Assembly (NCBI GenBank): GCA_964016885.1
Contig: OZ024745.1
Span: forward strand, 84,630,001-84,694,000
Length of the DNA stretch: 64,000 nucleotides
From: Eledone cirrhosa
Taxonomy: Eukaryota
Reading direction: 5' to 3'
This document shows, piece by piece, positions 15,775-30,700 of the stretch. A model generated the notes under the pieces. That model worked only from the letters and a program-made list of their open reading frames with translations, had not been told where the DNA came from and searched no databases. The stretch's first letter is position 1. Every line of letters begins with the position of its first letter. A program made the translations under genes and the position numbers.

Positions 15775-18700
15775 GAAATTTTAGTAAGTTAAGTTTCATA
15801 ATTTTCTTATTTTACATCTTTCATATAATTGTTCTATAATTGTTCTATATATAAGTTCCCTGTGTCCACGCATTGCCTGGGTGCTTAGATGAGAATAGAC
15901 TCCCTGATGACGTAAGGATTCTCTATGGGTTCGTTACGTAACCATATTTATTCCCTTACAGAAACTAATTAGTTAGAGTGAACTTTTAGAAAGTAAGTTA
16001 ATTTTCATAATTTTCTTAATTTACGTCTTTCATATAATTGTTCTGTATCCCCTTGAATAGAACCACAAATTTATTAAGACAAAACATATATATTTGCTAG
16101 CATAGGTATGCATCTGTAGACATATGTTGGTAGATATACTAATTCTTTATATTTATCTCCAAATTATTTGTTGACCAAAACTTGCAGAAATTACTATTAT
16201 CGTTCATGGTAGTAGATAGGCTCTTGTCTTATTAGCACTCCACTCCTCACTGATTAACATTAGTGTCACGTGATTGATTCTTTTGAATTTGCCACTGACC
16301 AAGTAGGCTGTGAATTTTTTCAATGTCCTGGAATTTAGTCCCCGCTCGCTTTTTTCGATCCACTGAATTCTTTTGATATGAGTTCGCTGTGTCCACGCAT
16401 TGCCTGGGTGCTTAGCTGAGAATAGACTCCCTGATGACGTAAGGATTCTCTATCGGTACGTTACGTAACCATATTTATTCCCTTACAGAAACTAATTAGT
16501 TGGAGTGAAATTTTAGTAAGTTAATTTTCATAATTTTCATATTTTACATCTTTCATATAATTGTTCTGCATCCCCTTGCATAGAACCACAAAGTTACTAA
16601 GACAAAACATATATATTTGCTAGCATAGGTATGCATCTGTATACATATGTTGGTAGATATACTAATTCTTTATATTTATCTCCAAATTATTTGTTGAGCA
16701 AAACTTGCCGAAATTACTACTATGGTTAATGGTAGTAGTTAGGCTCTTGTCTTATTAACACTCCACTCCTCACTGATTAACCTTAGTGTCACGTGATTGA
16801 TTCTTTTGAATTTGCCACTGACCAAGTAGGCAGTGAATTTTTTCAATGTCCTAGAATTTAGTCCCCGCTCGCTTTTTTCCATCCATTGAATTATTTTTAT
16901 ATAAGTCCCCTGTGTCCAGGCATTGCCTGGGTGGTTAGCTGAGAATAGACTCCCTGATGACGTAAGGATTCTCTATGGGTACGTTACGTACACATATTTA
17001 TTCCCTTACAGAAACTAATTAGTTGGAGTGAAATTTTAGTAAGTAAGTTAATTTTCATAATTTTCTTATTTTACGTCTTTCATATAATTGTTCTGAATAT
17101 ATAATTGCATAGAACCACAAAGTTACTACGACAAAACATATATATTAGCTAGCATAGGTATGCATATGTACACATATGTTGGTAGATATACTAATTCTTT
17201 ATATTTATCTCCAAATTTTTTGTTGAGCAAAACATGCCAAAATTACTTCTATGGTTCATGGAAGTAGATAGGCTCTTGACTTATTAGCACTCCACTCCTC
17301 AGTGATTAACCTGAGTGTCACGTGATTGATTCTTTTGAATTTGCCACTGACCAAGTAGGCAGTGAATTTTTTCAATGTCCTGGAATTTAGTCCCCGCTCG
17401 CTTCTTTCCATCCACTGAATTATTTTTATATAAGTTCCCTGTGTCCACGTATTGCCTGGGTGCTTAGCTGAGAATAGACTCCCTGATGACGTAAGGATTC
17501 TCTATGGGTACGTTACGTAACCATATTTATTCCCTTACAGAGACTAATTAGTTGGAGTAAAATATTAGTAAGTAAGTTTATTTTCATAATTTTCTTATTT
17601 TACGTCTTTCATATAATTGTTCTGCATCCCCTTGCATAGAACCATAAATGACTAAGACAAAACATATATATTTGCTAGCATAGGTATGCATCTGTATACA
17701 TATGTTGGTAGATATACTAATTCTTTATATTTATCTCCAAATTTTTTGTTGAGCAAAACATGCCAAAATTACTTCTATGGTTCATGGAAGTAGATAGGCT
17801 CTTGACTTATTAGCACTCCACTCCTCAGTGATTAACCTGAGTGTCACGTGATTGATTCTTATGAATTTGCCACTGACCAAGTAGGCAGTGAATTTTTTCA
17901 ATGTCCTGGAATTTAGTCCCCGCTCGCTTTTTTCCATCCACTGAATTCTTTTTATATAAGTTCCCTGTGTCCACGTATTGCCTGGGTGCTTAGCTGAGAA
18001 TAGACTCCCTGATGACGTAAGGATTCTCTATGGATACGTTACGTAACCATATTTATTCCCTTACAGAAACTACTTAGTTAGAGTGAACTTTTAGTAAGTA
18101 AGTTAATTTTCATAATTTTCTTAATTTACGTCTTTCATATAATTGTTCTGTATCCCCTTGCATAGAACCACAAATTTATTAAGACAAAACATATATATAT
18201 GCTAGCATAGGTATGCATCTGTATACATATGTTGGTAGATATACTAATTCTTTATATTTATCTCCAAATTATTTGTTGAGCAAAACTTGCAGAAATTACT
18301 ATCATGGTTCATGGTAGTAGATAGGCTCTTGTCTTATTAGCACTCCACTCCTCACTGATTAACCTCAGTGTCACGTGATTGATTCTTTAGAATTTGCCAC
18401 TGACCAAGTAGGCAGTGAATTTTTTCAATGTCCTGGAATTTAGTCCCCGCTCGCTTTTTTCCATTCACTGAATTATTTTTTATATAAGTTCCCTGTGTCC
18501 AGGCATTGCCTGGGTGCTTCGCTGAGAATAGACTCCCTGATGACTTAAGGAATCTCTATGGGTAAGTTACGTGACCATATTTATTGCCTTACAGAAACTA
18601 ATTCGTTGGAGTGAAGTTTTAGTAAGCAAGTTAATTTTCATAATTTTCTTATTTTACGTCTTTCATATAATTGTTCTGCATCCCCTTGCATAGAACCATA

Positions 18701-21700
18701 AATTTCTAAGACAAAACATATATATTTGCTAGCATAGGTATGCATCTGTATACATATGTTGGTAGATATACTAATTCTTTATATTTATCTCCAAATTATT
18801 TGTTGAGCAAAACATGCCGAAAAAAGTAATATGGTTCATGGTAGTAGTTAGGCTCTTGTCTTATTAGCACTCCACTCCTCACTGATTAACCTTAGTGACA
18901 CGTGATTGATTCTTTTGAATTTGCCACTGACCAAGTAGGCAGTGAATTTTTTCAATGTCCTGGAATTTAGTCCCCGCTCGCTTTTTTCCATCCATTGAAT
19001 TATTTTTATATAAGTCCCCTGCGTCCACGCATTGCCTGGGTGGTTAGCTGAGAATAGACTCCCTGATGACGTTAGGATTCTCTATGGGTACGTTACGTAA
19101 CCATATTTATTCCCTTACAGAAACTAATTAGTTGGAGTGAAATTTTAGTAAGTAAGTTAATTTTCATAATTTTCTTATTTTACGTCTGTCATATAATTGT
19201 TCTGAATATATAATTGCATAGAACCACAAAGTTACTACGACAAAACATATATATTAGCTAGCATAGGTATGCATCTGTATACATATGTTGGTAGATATAC
19301 TAATTCTTTATATTTATCTCCAAATTTTTTGTTGAGCAAAACATGCCAAAATTACTACTATGGTTCATGGAAGTAGATAGGCTCTTGACTTATTAGCACT
19401 CCACTCCTCAGTGATTAACCTCAGTGTCACGTGATTGATTCTTTTGAATTTGCCACTGACCAAGTAGACAGTGAATTTTTTCAATGTCCTGGAATTTAGT
19501 CCCCACTCGCTTTTTTCCATCCACTGAATTCTTTTTATATAAGTTCCCTGTGTCCACGTATTGCCTGGGTGCTTAGCGGAGAATAGACTCCCTGATGACG
19601 TAAGGATTCTCTATGGGTACGTTACGTAACCATATTTATTCCCTTACAGAAACTAATTAGTTAGAGTGAACTTTTAGTAAGTAAGTTAATTTTCATAATT
19701 TTCTTAATTTACGTCTTTCATATAATTGTTCTGTATCCCCTGGCATAGAACCACAAATTTATTAATACAAAACATATATATTTGCTAGCATAGGTATGCA
19801 TCTGTATACATATGTTGGTAGATATACTAATTCTTTATATTTATCTCCAAATTATTTGTTGAGCAAAACTTGCAGAAATTACTATTATGGTTCATGGTAG
19901 TAGATAGGCTCTTTTCTTATTAACACTCCACTCCTCACTGATTAACATTAGTGTCACGTGATTGATTCTTTTGAATTTGCCACTGACCAAGTAGGCTGTG
20001 AATTTTTTCAATGTCCTGGAATTTAGTCCCCGCTCGCTTTTTTCGATCCACTGAATTCTTTTGATATGAGTTCGCTGTGTCCACGCATTGCCTGGGTGCT
20101 TAGCTGAGAATAGACTCCCTGATGACGTAAGGATTCTCTATCGGTACGTTACGTAACCATATTTATTCCCTTACAGAAACTAATTAGTTGGAGTGAAATT
20201 TTAGTAAGTTAATTTTCATAATTTTCATATTTTACATCTTTCATATAATTGTTCTGCATCCCCTTGCATAGAACCACAAAGTTACTAAGACAAAACATAT
20301 ATATTTGCTAGCATAGGTATGCATCTGTATACATATGTTGGTAGATATACTAATTCTTTATATTTATCTCCAAATTATTTGTTGAGCAAAACTTGCCGAA
20401 ATTACTACTATGGTTAATGGTAGTAGTTAGGCTCTTGTCTTATTAACACTCCACTCCTCACTGATTAACCTTAGTGTCACGTGATTGATTCTTTTGAATT
20501 TGCCACTGACCAAGTAGGCAGTGAATTTTTTCAATGTCCTAGAATTTAGTCCCCGCTCGCTTTTTTCCATCCATTGAATTATTTTTATATAAGTCCCCTG
20601 TGTCCACGCATTGCCTGGGTGGTTAGCTGAGAATAGACTCCCTGATGACGTTAGGATTCTCTATGGGTACGTTACGTACACATATTTATTCCCTTACAGA
20701 AACTAATTAGTTGGAGTGAAATTTTAGTAAGTAAGTTAATTTTCATAATTTTCTTATTTTACGTCTTTCATATAATTGTTCTGAATATATAATTGCATAG
20801 AACCACAAAGTTACTACGACAAAACATATATATTAGCTAGCATAGGTATGCATATGTACACATATGTTGGTAGATATACTAATTCTTTATATTTATCTCC
20901 AAATTTTTTGTTGAGCAAAACATGCCAAAATTACTTCTATGGTTCATGGAAGTAGATAGGCTCTTGACTTATTAGCACTCCACTCCTCAGTGATTAACCT
21001 GAGTGTCACGTGATTGATTCTTTTGAATTTGCCACTGACCAAGTAGGCAGTGAATTTTTTCAATGTCCTGGAATTTAGTCCCCGCTCGCTTCTTTCCATC
21101 CACTGAATTATTTTTATATAAGTTCCCTGTGTCCACGTATTGCCTGGGTGCTTAGCTGAGAATAGACTCCCTGATGACGTAAGGATTCTCTATGGGTACG
21201 TTACGTAACCATATTTATTCCCTTACAGAGACTAATTATTTGGAGTAAAATATTAGTAAGTAAGTTTATTTTCATAATTTTCTTATTTTACGTCTTTCAT
21301 ATAATTGTTCTGCATCCCCTTGCATAGAACCATAAATGACTAAGACAAAACATATATATTTGCTAGCATAGGTATGCATCTGTATACATATGTTGGTAGA
21401 TATACTAATTCTTTATATTTATCTCCAAATTTTTTGTTGAGCAAAACATGCCAAAATTACTTCTATGGTTCATGGAAGTAGATAGGCTCTTGACTTATTA
21501 GCACTCCACTCCTCAGTGATTAACCTGAGTGTCACGTGATTGATTCTTATGAATTTGCCACTGACCAAGTAGGCAGTGAATTTTTTCAATGTCCTGGAAT
21601 TTAGTCCCCGCTCGCTTTTTTCCATCCACTGAATTCTTTTTATATAAGTTCCCTGTGTCCACGTATTGCCTGGGTGCTTAGCTGAGAATAGACTCCCTGA

Positions 21701-24700
21701 TGACGTAAGGATTCTCTATGGATACGTTACGTAACCATATTTATTCCCTTACAGAAACTACTTAGTTAGAGTGAACTTTTAGTAAGTAAGTTAATTTTCA
21801 TAATTTTCTTAATTTACGTCTTTCATATAATTGTTCTGTATCCCCTTGCATAGAACCACAAATTTATTAAGACAAAACATATATATATGCTAGCATAGGT
21901 ATGCATCTGTATACATATGTTGGTAGATATACTAATTCTTTATATTTATCTCCAAATTATTTGTTGAGCAAAACTTGCAGAAATTACTATTATGGTTCAT
22001 GGTAGTAGATAGGCTCTTGTCTTATTAGCACTCCACTCCTCACTGATTAACCTCAGTGTCACGTGATTGATTCTTTTGAATTTGCCACTGACCAAGTAGG
22101 CAGTGAATTTTTTCAATGTCCTGGAATTTAGTCCCCGCTCGCTTTTTTCCATTCACTGAATTATTTTTTATATAAGTTCCCTGTGTCCACGCATTGCCTG
22201 GGTGCTTAGCTGAGGATAGACTCCCTGATGACGCAAGGATTCTCTATGGGTACGTTACGTAATCATATTTATTCCCTTACAGAGACTAATTAGTTAGAGT
22301 AAAATATTAGTAAGTAAGTTTATTTTCATAATTTTCTTAATTTACGTCTTTCATATAATTGTTCTGCATCCCCTTGCATAGAACCACAAAGTTACTAAGA
22401 CAAATCATATATATTTCTTGGCATAGGTATGCATCTGTATACATATGTGGGGAGATATACTAATTCTTTATATTTAACTCCAAATTATTTGTTGAGCAAA
22501 ACTTGCCGAAAATAGTAATATGGTTCATGGTAGTAGTTAGGCTCTTGTCTTATTAGCACTCCACTCCTCACTGATTAAACTCAGTGTCACGTGATTGATT
22601 CTTTTGAATTTGCCACTGACCAAGTAGGCAGTGAATTTTTTCAATGTCCTGGAATTTAGTCCCCGCTCTCTTTTTTCCATCCATTGAATTATTTTTATAT
22701 AAGTCCCCTGTGTCCACGCATTACCGTGGTGGTTAGCTGAGAATAGACTCCCTGATGACGTTAGGATTCTCTATGGGTACGTTACGTACACATATTTATT
22801 CCCTTACAGAAACTAATTAGTTGGAGTGAAATTTTAGTAAGTAAGTTAATTTTCATAATTTTCTTATTTTACGTCTGTCATATAATTGTTCTGAATATAT
22901 AATTGCATAGAACCACAAAGTTACTACGACAAAACATATATATTAGCTAGCATAGGTATGCATCTGTATACATATGTTGGTAGATATACTAATTCTTTAT
23001 ATTTATCTCCAAATTTTTTGTTGAGCAAAACATGCCAAAATTACTACTATGGTTCATGGAAGTAGATAGGCTCTTGACTTATTAGCACTCCACTCCTCAG
23101 TGATTAACCTCAGTGTCACGTGATTGATTCTTTTGAATTTGCCACTGACCAAGTAGACAGTGAATTTTTTCAATGTCCTGGAATTTAGTCCCCACTCGCT
23201 TTTTTCCATCCACTGAATTCTTTTTATATAAGTTCCCTGTGTCCACGTATTGCCTGGGTGCTTAGCGGAGAATAGACTCCCTGATGACGTAAGGATTCTC
23301 TATGGGTACGTTACGTAACCATATTTATTCCCTTACAGAAACTAATTAGTTAGAGTGAACTTTTAGTAAGTAAGTTAATTTTCATAATTTTCTTAATTTA
23401 CGTCTTTCATATAATTGTTCTGTATCCCCTGGCATAGAACCACAAATTTATTAATACAAAACATATATATTTGCTAGCATAGGTATGCATCTGTATACAT
23501 ATGTTGGTAGATATACTAATTCTTTATATTTATCTCCAAATTATTTGTTGAGCAAAACTTGCAGAAATTACTATTATGGTTCATGGTAGTAGATAGGCTC
23601 TTTTCTTATTAACACTCCACTCCTCACTGATTAACATTAGTGTCACGTGATTGATTCTTTTGAATTTGCCACTGACCAAGTAGGCTGTGAATTTTTTCAA
23701 TGTCCTGGAATTTAGTCCCCGCTCGCTTTTTTCGATCCACTGAATTCTTTTGATATGAGTTCGCTGTGTCCACGCATTGCCTGGGTGCTTAGCTGAGAAT
23801 AGACTCCCTGATGACGTAAGGATTCTCTATCGGTACGTTACGTAACCATATTTATTCCCTTACAGAAACTAATTAGTTGGAGTGAAATTTTAGTAAGTTA
23901 ATTTTCATAATTTTCATATTTTACATCTTTCATATAATTGTTCTGCATCCCCTTGCATAGAACCACAAAGTTACTAAGACAAAACATATATATTTGCTAG
24001 CATAGGTATGCATCTGTATACATATGTTGGTAGATATACTAATTCTTTATATTTATCTCCAAATTATTTGTTGAGCAAAACTTGCCGAAATTACTACTAT
24101 GGTTAATGGTAGTAGTTAGGCTCTTGTCTTATTAACACTCCACTCCTCACTGATTAACCTTAGTGTCACGTGATTGATTCTTTTGAATTTGCCACTGACC
24201 AAGTAGGCAGTGAATTTTTTCAATGTCCTAGAATTTAGTCCCCGCTCGCTTTTTTCCATCCATTGAATTATTTTTATATAAGTCCCCTGTGTCCACGCAT
24301 TGCCTGGGTGGTTAGCTGAGAATAGACTCCCTGATGACGTTAGGATTCTCTATGGGTACGTTACGTACACATATTTATTCCCTTACAGAAACTAATTAGT
24401 TGGAGTGAAATTTTAGTAAGTAAGTTAATTTTCATAATTTTCTTATTTTACGTCTTTCATATAATTGTTCTGAATATATAATTGCATAGAACCACAAAGT
24501 TACTACGACAAAACATATATATTAGCTAGCATAGGTATGCATATGTACACATATGTTGGTAGATATACTAATTCTTTATATTTATCTCCAAATTTTTTGT
24601 TGAGCAAAACATGCCAAAATTACTTCTATGGTTCATGGAAGTAGATAGGCTCTTGACTTATTAGCACTCCACTCCTCAGTGATTAACCTGAGTGTCACGT

Positions 24701-27700
24701 GATTGATTCTTTTGAATTTGCCACTGACCAAGTAGGCAGTGAATTTTTTCAATGTCCTGGAATTTAGTCCCCGCTCGCTTCTTTCCATCCACTGAATTAT
24801 TTTTATATAAGTTCCCTGTGTCCACGTATTGCCTGGGTGCTTAGCTGAGAATAGACTCCCTGATGACGTAAGGATTCTCTATGGGTACGTTACGTAACCA
24901 TATTTATTCCCTTACAGAGACTAATTAGTTGGAGTAAAATATTAGTAAGTAAGTTTATTTTCATAATTTTCTTATTTTACGTCTTTCATATAATTGTTCT
25001 GCATCCCCTTGCATAGAACCATAAATGACTAAGACAAAACATATATATTTGCTAGCATAGGTATGCATCTGTATACATATGTTGGTAGATATACTAATTC
25101 TTTATATTTATCTCCAAATTTTTTGTTGAGCAAAACATGCCAAAATTACTTCTATGGTTCATGGAAGTAGATAGGCTCTTGACTTATTAGCACTCCACTC
25201 CTCAGTGATTAACCTGAGTGTCACGTGATTGATTCTTATGAATTTGCCACTGACCAAGTAGGCAGTGAATTTTTTCAATGTCCTGGAATTTAGTCCCCGC
25301 TCGCTTTTTTCCATCCACTGAATTCTTTTTATATAAGTTCCCTGTGTCCACGTATTGCCTGGGTGCTTAGCTGAGAATAGACTCCCTGATGACGTAAGGA
25401 TTCTCTATGGATACGTTACGTAACCATATTTATAACCTTACAGAAACTACTTAGTTAGAGTGAACTTTTAGTAAGTAAGTTAATTTTCATAATTTTCTTA
25501 ATTTACGTCTTTCATATAATTGTTCTGTATCCCCTTGCATAGAACCACAAATTTATTAAGACAAAACATATATATATGCTAGCATAGGTATGCATCTGTA
25601 TACATATGTTGGTAGATATACTAATTCTTTATATTTATCTCCAAATTATTTGTTGAGCAAAACTTGCAGAAATTACTATTATGGTTCATGGTAGTAGATA
25701 GGCTCTTGTCTTATTAGCACTCCACTCCTCACTGATTAACCTCACTGTCACGTGATTGATTCTTTTGAATTTGCCACTGACCAAGTAGGCAGTGAATTTT
25801 TTCAATGTCCTGGAATTTAGTCCCCGCTCGCTTTTTTCCATTCACTGAATTATTTTTTATATAAGTTCCCTGTGTCCACGCATTGCCTGGGTGCTTAGCT
25901 GAGGATAGACTCCCTGATGACGTAAGGAATCTCTATGGGTAAGTTACGTGACCATATTTATTGCCTTACAGAAACTAATTCGTTGGAGTGAAGTTTTAGT
26001 AAGCAAGTTAATTTTCATAATTTTCTTATTTTACGTCTTTCATATAATTGTTCTGCATCCCCTTGCATAGAACCATAAATTTCTAAGACAAAACATATCT
26101 ATTTGCTAGCATAGGTATGCATCTGTATACATATGTTGGTAGATATACTAATTCTTTATATTTATCTCCAAATTATTTGTTGAGCAAAACATGCCGAAAA
26201 AAGTAATATGGTTCATGGTAGTAGTTAGGCTCTTGTCTTATTAGCACTCCACTCCTCACTGATTAACCTTAGTGACACGTGATTGATTCTTTTGAATTTG
26301 CCACTGACCAAGTAGGCAGTGAATTTTTTCAATGTCCTGGAATTTAGTCCCCGCTCGCTTTTTTCCATCCATTGAATTATTTTTATATAAGTCCCCTGCG
26401 TCCACGCATTGCCTGGGTGGTTAGCTGAGAATAGACTCCCTGATGACGTTAGGATTCTCTATGGGTACGTTACGTAACCATATTTATTCCCTTACAGAAA
26501 CTAATTAGTTGGAGTGAAATTTTAGTAAGTAAGTTAATTTTCATAATTTTCTTATTTTACGTCTGTCATATAATTGTTCTGAATATATAATTGCATAGAA
26601 CCACAAAGTTACTACGACAAAACATATATATTAGCTAGCATAGGTATGCATCTGTATACATATGTTGGTAGATATACTAATTCTTTATATTTATCTCCAA
26701 ATTTTTTGTTGAGCAAAACATGCCAAAATTACTACTATGGTTCATGGAAGTAGATAGGCTCTTGACTTATTAGCACTCCACTCCTCAGTGATTAACCTCA
26801 GTGTCACGTGATTGATTCTTTTGAATTTGCCACTGACCAAGTAGACAGTGAATTTTTTCAATGTCCTGGAATTTAGTCCCCACTCGCTTTTTTCCATCCA
26901 CTGAATTCTTTTTATATAAGTTCCCTGTGTCCACGTATTGCCTGGGTGCTTAGCGGAGAATAGACTCCCTGATGACGTAAGGATTCTCTATGGGTACGTT
27001 ACGTAACCATATTTATTCCCTTACAGAAACTAATTAGTTAGAGTGAACTTTTAGTAAGTAAGTTAATTTTCATAATTTTCTTAATTTACGTCTTTCATAT
27101 AATTGTTCTGTATCCCCTGGCATAGAACCACAAATTTATTAATACAAAACATATATATTTGCTAGCATAGGTATGCATCTGTATACATATGTTGGTAGAT
27201 ATACTAATTCTTTATATTTATCTCCAAATTATTTGTTGAGCAAAACTTGCAGAAATTACTATTATGGTTCATGGTAGTAGATAGGCTCTTTTCTTATTAA
27301 CACTCCACTCCTCACTCATTAACCTTAGTGACACGTGATTGATTCTTTTGAATTTGCCACTGACCAAGTAGGCAGTGAATTTTTTCAATGTCCTAGAATT
27401 TAGTCCACGCTCGCTTTTTTACATCCATTGAATTATTTTTATATAAGTCCCCTGTGTCCACGCATTGCCTGGGTGGTTAGCTGAGAATAGACTCCCTGAT
27501 GACGTTAGGATTCTCTATGGGTACGTTACGTACACATATTTATTCCCTTACAGAATCTAATTAGTTGGAGTGAAATTTTAGTAAGTAAGTTAATTTTCAT
27601 AATTTTCTTATTTTACGTCTTTCATATAATTGTTCTGCATATATAATTGCATAGAACCACAAAGTTACTACGACAAAACATATATATTAGCTAGCATAGG

Positions 27701-30700
27701 TATGCATATGTATACATATGTTGGTAGATATACTAATTCTTTATATGTAACTCCAAATTATTTGTTGAGCAAAACTTGCCGAAAATAGTAATATGGTTCA
27801 TGGTAGTAGTTAGGCTCTTGTCTTATTAGCACTCCACTCCTCACTGATTAACCTCAGTGTCACGTGATTGATTCTTTTGAATTTGCCACTGACCAAGTAG
27901 GCAGTGAATTTTTTCAATGTCCTAGAATTTAGTCCCCGCTCGCTTTTTACATCCACTGAATTCTTTTTATATAAGTTTCCTGTGCTCTCGCAGTGCCTGG
28001 GAGCTTAGCTGAGAATAGACTCCCTGATGACGTAATGATTCTCTATGGATACGTTACGTAACCATATTTATTCCCTTACAGAAACTACTTAGTTAGAGTG
28101 AACTTTTAGTAAGTAAGTTAATTTTCATAATTTTCTTAATTTACGTCTTTCATATAATTGTTCTGTATCCCCTTGCATAGAACCACAAATTTATTAAGAC
28201 AAAACATATATATATGCTAGCATAGGTATGCATCTGTATACATATGTTGGTAGATATACTAATTCTTTATATTTATCTCCAAATTATTTGTTGAGCAAAA
28301 CTTGCAGAAATTATTATTATGGTTCATGGTAGTAGATAGGCTCTTGTCTTATTAGCACTCCACTCCTCACTGATTAACCTCACTGTCACGTGATTGATTC
28401 TTTTGAATTTGCCACTGACCAAGTAGGCAGTGAATTTTTTCAATGTCCTGGAATTTAGTCCCCGCTCGCTTTTTTCCATTCACTGAATTATTTTTTATAT
28501 AAGTTCCCTGTGTCCACGCATTGCCTGGGTGCTTAGCTGAGGATAGACTCCCTGATGACGCAAGGATTCTCTATGGGTACGTTACGTAATCATATTTATT
28601 CCCTTACAGAGACTAATTAGTTAGAGTAAAATATTAGTAAGTAAGTTTATTTTCATAATTTTCTTAATTTACGTCTTTCATATAATTGTTCTGCATCCCC
28701 TTGCATAGAACCACAAAGTTACTAAGACAAAACATATATATTTCTTGGCATAGGTATGCATCTGTATACATATGTGGGGAGATATACTAATTCTTTATAT
28801 TTAACTCCAAATTATTTGTTGAGCAAAACTTGCCGAAAATAGTAATATGGTTCATGGTAGTAGTTAGGCTCTTGTCTTATTAGCACTCCACTCCTCACTG
28901 ATTAAACTCAGTGTCACGTGATTGATTCTTTTGAATTTGCCACTGACCAAGTAGGCAGTGAATTTTTTCAATGTCCTGGAATTTAGTCCCCGCTCTCTTT
29001 TTTCCATCCATTGAATTATTTTTATATAAGTCCCCTGTGTCCACGCATTACCGTGGTGGTTAGCTGAGAATAGACTCCCTGATGACGTTAGGATTCTCTA
29101 TGGGTACGTTACGTACACATATTTATTCCCTTACAGAAACTAATTAGTTGGAGTGAAATTTTAGTAAGTTAATTTTCATAATTTTCTTATTTTACGTCTT
29201 TCATATAATTGTTCTGAATATATAATTGCATAGAACCACAACGTTACTACGACAAAACATATATATTAGCTAGCATAGGTATGCATATGTATACATATGT
29301 TGGTAGATATACTAATTCTTTATATGTATCTCCAAATTATTTGTTAAGAAAAACTTGCAGAAATTACTACTATGGTTCATGGTAGTAGATAGGCTCTTGT
29401 CTTATTAGCACTCCACTCCTCACTGATTAACCTCAGTTTCACGTGATTGATTCTTATGAATTTGCCACTGACCAAGTAGGCAGTGAATTTTTTCAATGTT
29501 CTAGAATTTAGTCCCCGCTCGCTTTTTTACATCCACTGAATCCTTTTTATATAAGTTCCCTGTGTCCACGCATTGCCTGGGTGCTTCGCTGAGAATAGAC
29601 TCCCTGATGACTTAAGGAATCTCTATGGGTAAGTTACGTGACCATATTTATTGCCTTACAGAAACTAATTCGTTGGAGTGAAGTTTTAGTAAGCAAGTTA
29701 ATTTTCATAATTTTCTTATTTTACGTCTTTCATATAATTGTTCTGCATCCCCTTGCATAGAACCATAAATTTCTAAGACAAAACATATCTATTTGCTAGC
29801 ATAGGTATGCATCTGTATACATATGTTGGTAGATATACTAATTCTTTATATTTATCTCCAAATTATTTGTTGAGCAAAACATGCCGAAAAAAGTAATATG
29901 GTTCATGGTAGTAGTTAGGCTCTTGTCTTATTAGCACTCCACTCCTCACTGATTAACCTTAGTGACACGTGATTGATTCTTTTGAATTTGCCACTGACCA
30001 AGTAGGCAGTGAATTTTTTCAATGTCCTGGAATTTAGTCCCCGCTCGCTTTTTTCCATCCATTGAATTATTTTTATATAAGTCCCCTGCGTCCACGCATT
30101 GCCTGGGTGGTTAGCTGAGAATAGACTCCCTGATGACGTTAGGATTCTCTATGGGTACGTTACGTAACCATATTTATTCCCTTACAGAAACTAATTAGTT
30201 GGAGTGAAATTTTAGTAAGTAAGTTAATTTTCATAATTTTCTTATTTTACGTCTGTCATATAATTGTTCTGAATATATAATTGCATAGAACCACAAAGTT
30301 ACTACGACAAAACATATATATTAGCTAGCATAGGTATGCATCTGTATACATATGTTGGTAGATATACTAATTCTTTATATTTATCTCCAAATTTTTTGTT
30401 GAGCAAAACATGCCAAAATTACTACTATGGTTCATGGAAGTAGATAGGCTCTTGACTTATTAGCACTCCACTCCTCAGTGATTAACCTCAGTGTCACGTG
30501 ATTAATTCTTTTGAATTTGCCACTGACCAAGTAGACAGTGAATTTTTTCAATGTCCTGGAATTTAGTCCCCACTCGCTTTTTTCCATCCACTGAATTCTT
30601 TTTATATAAGTTCCCTGTGTCCACGTATTGCCTGGGTGCTTAGCGGAGAATAGACTCCCTGATGACGTAAGGATTCTCTATGGGTACGTTACGTAACCAT

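Noticed and set aside
16600-16700. YIF-x9-YVG reading in the monomer, superficially like a GIY-YIG motif
   Set aside because: No downstream R..H or conserved Glu/Asn motifs, the frame closes soon after, and the AT-rich sequence makes chance likely.
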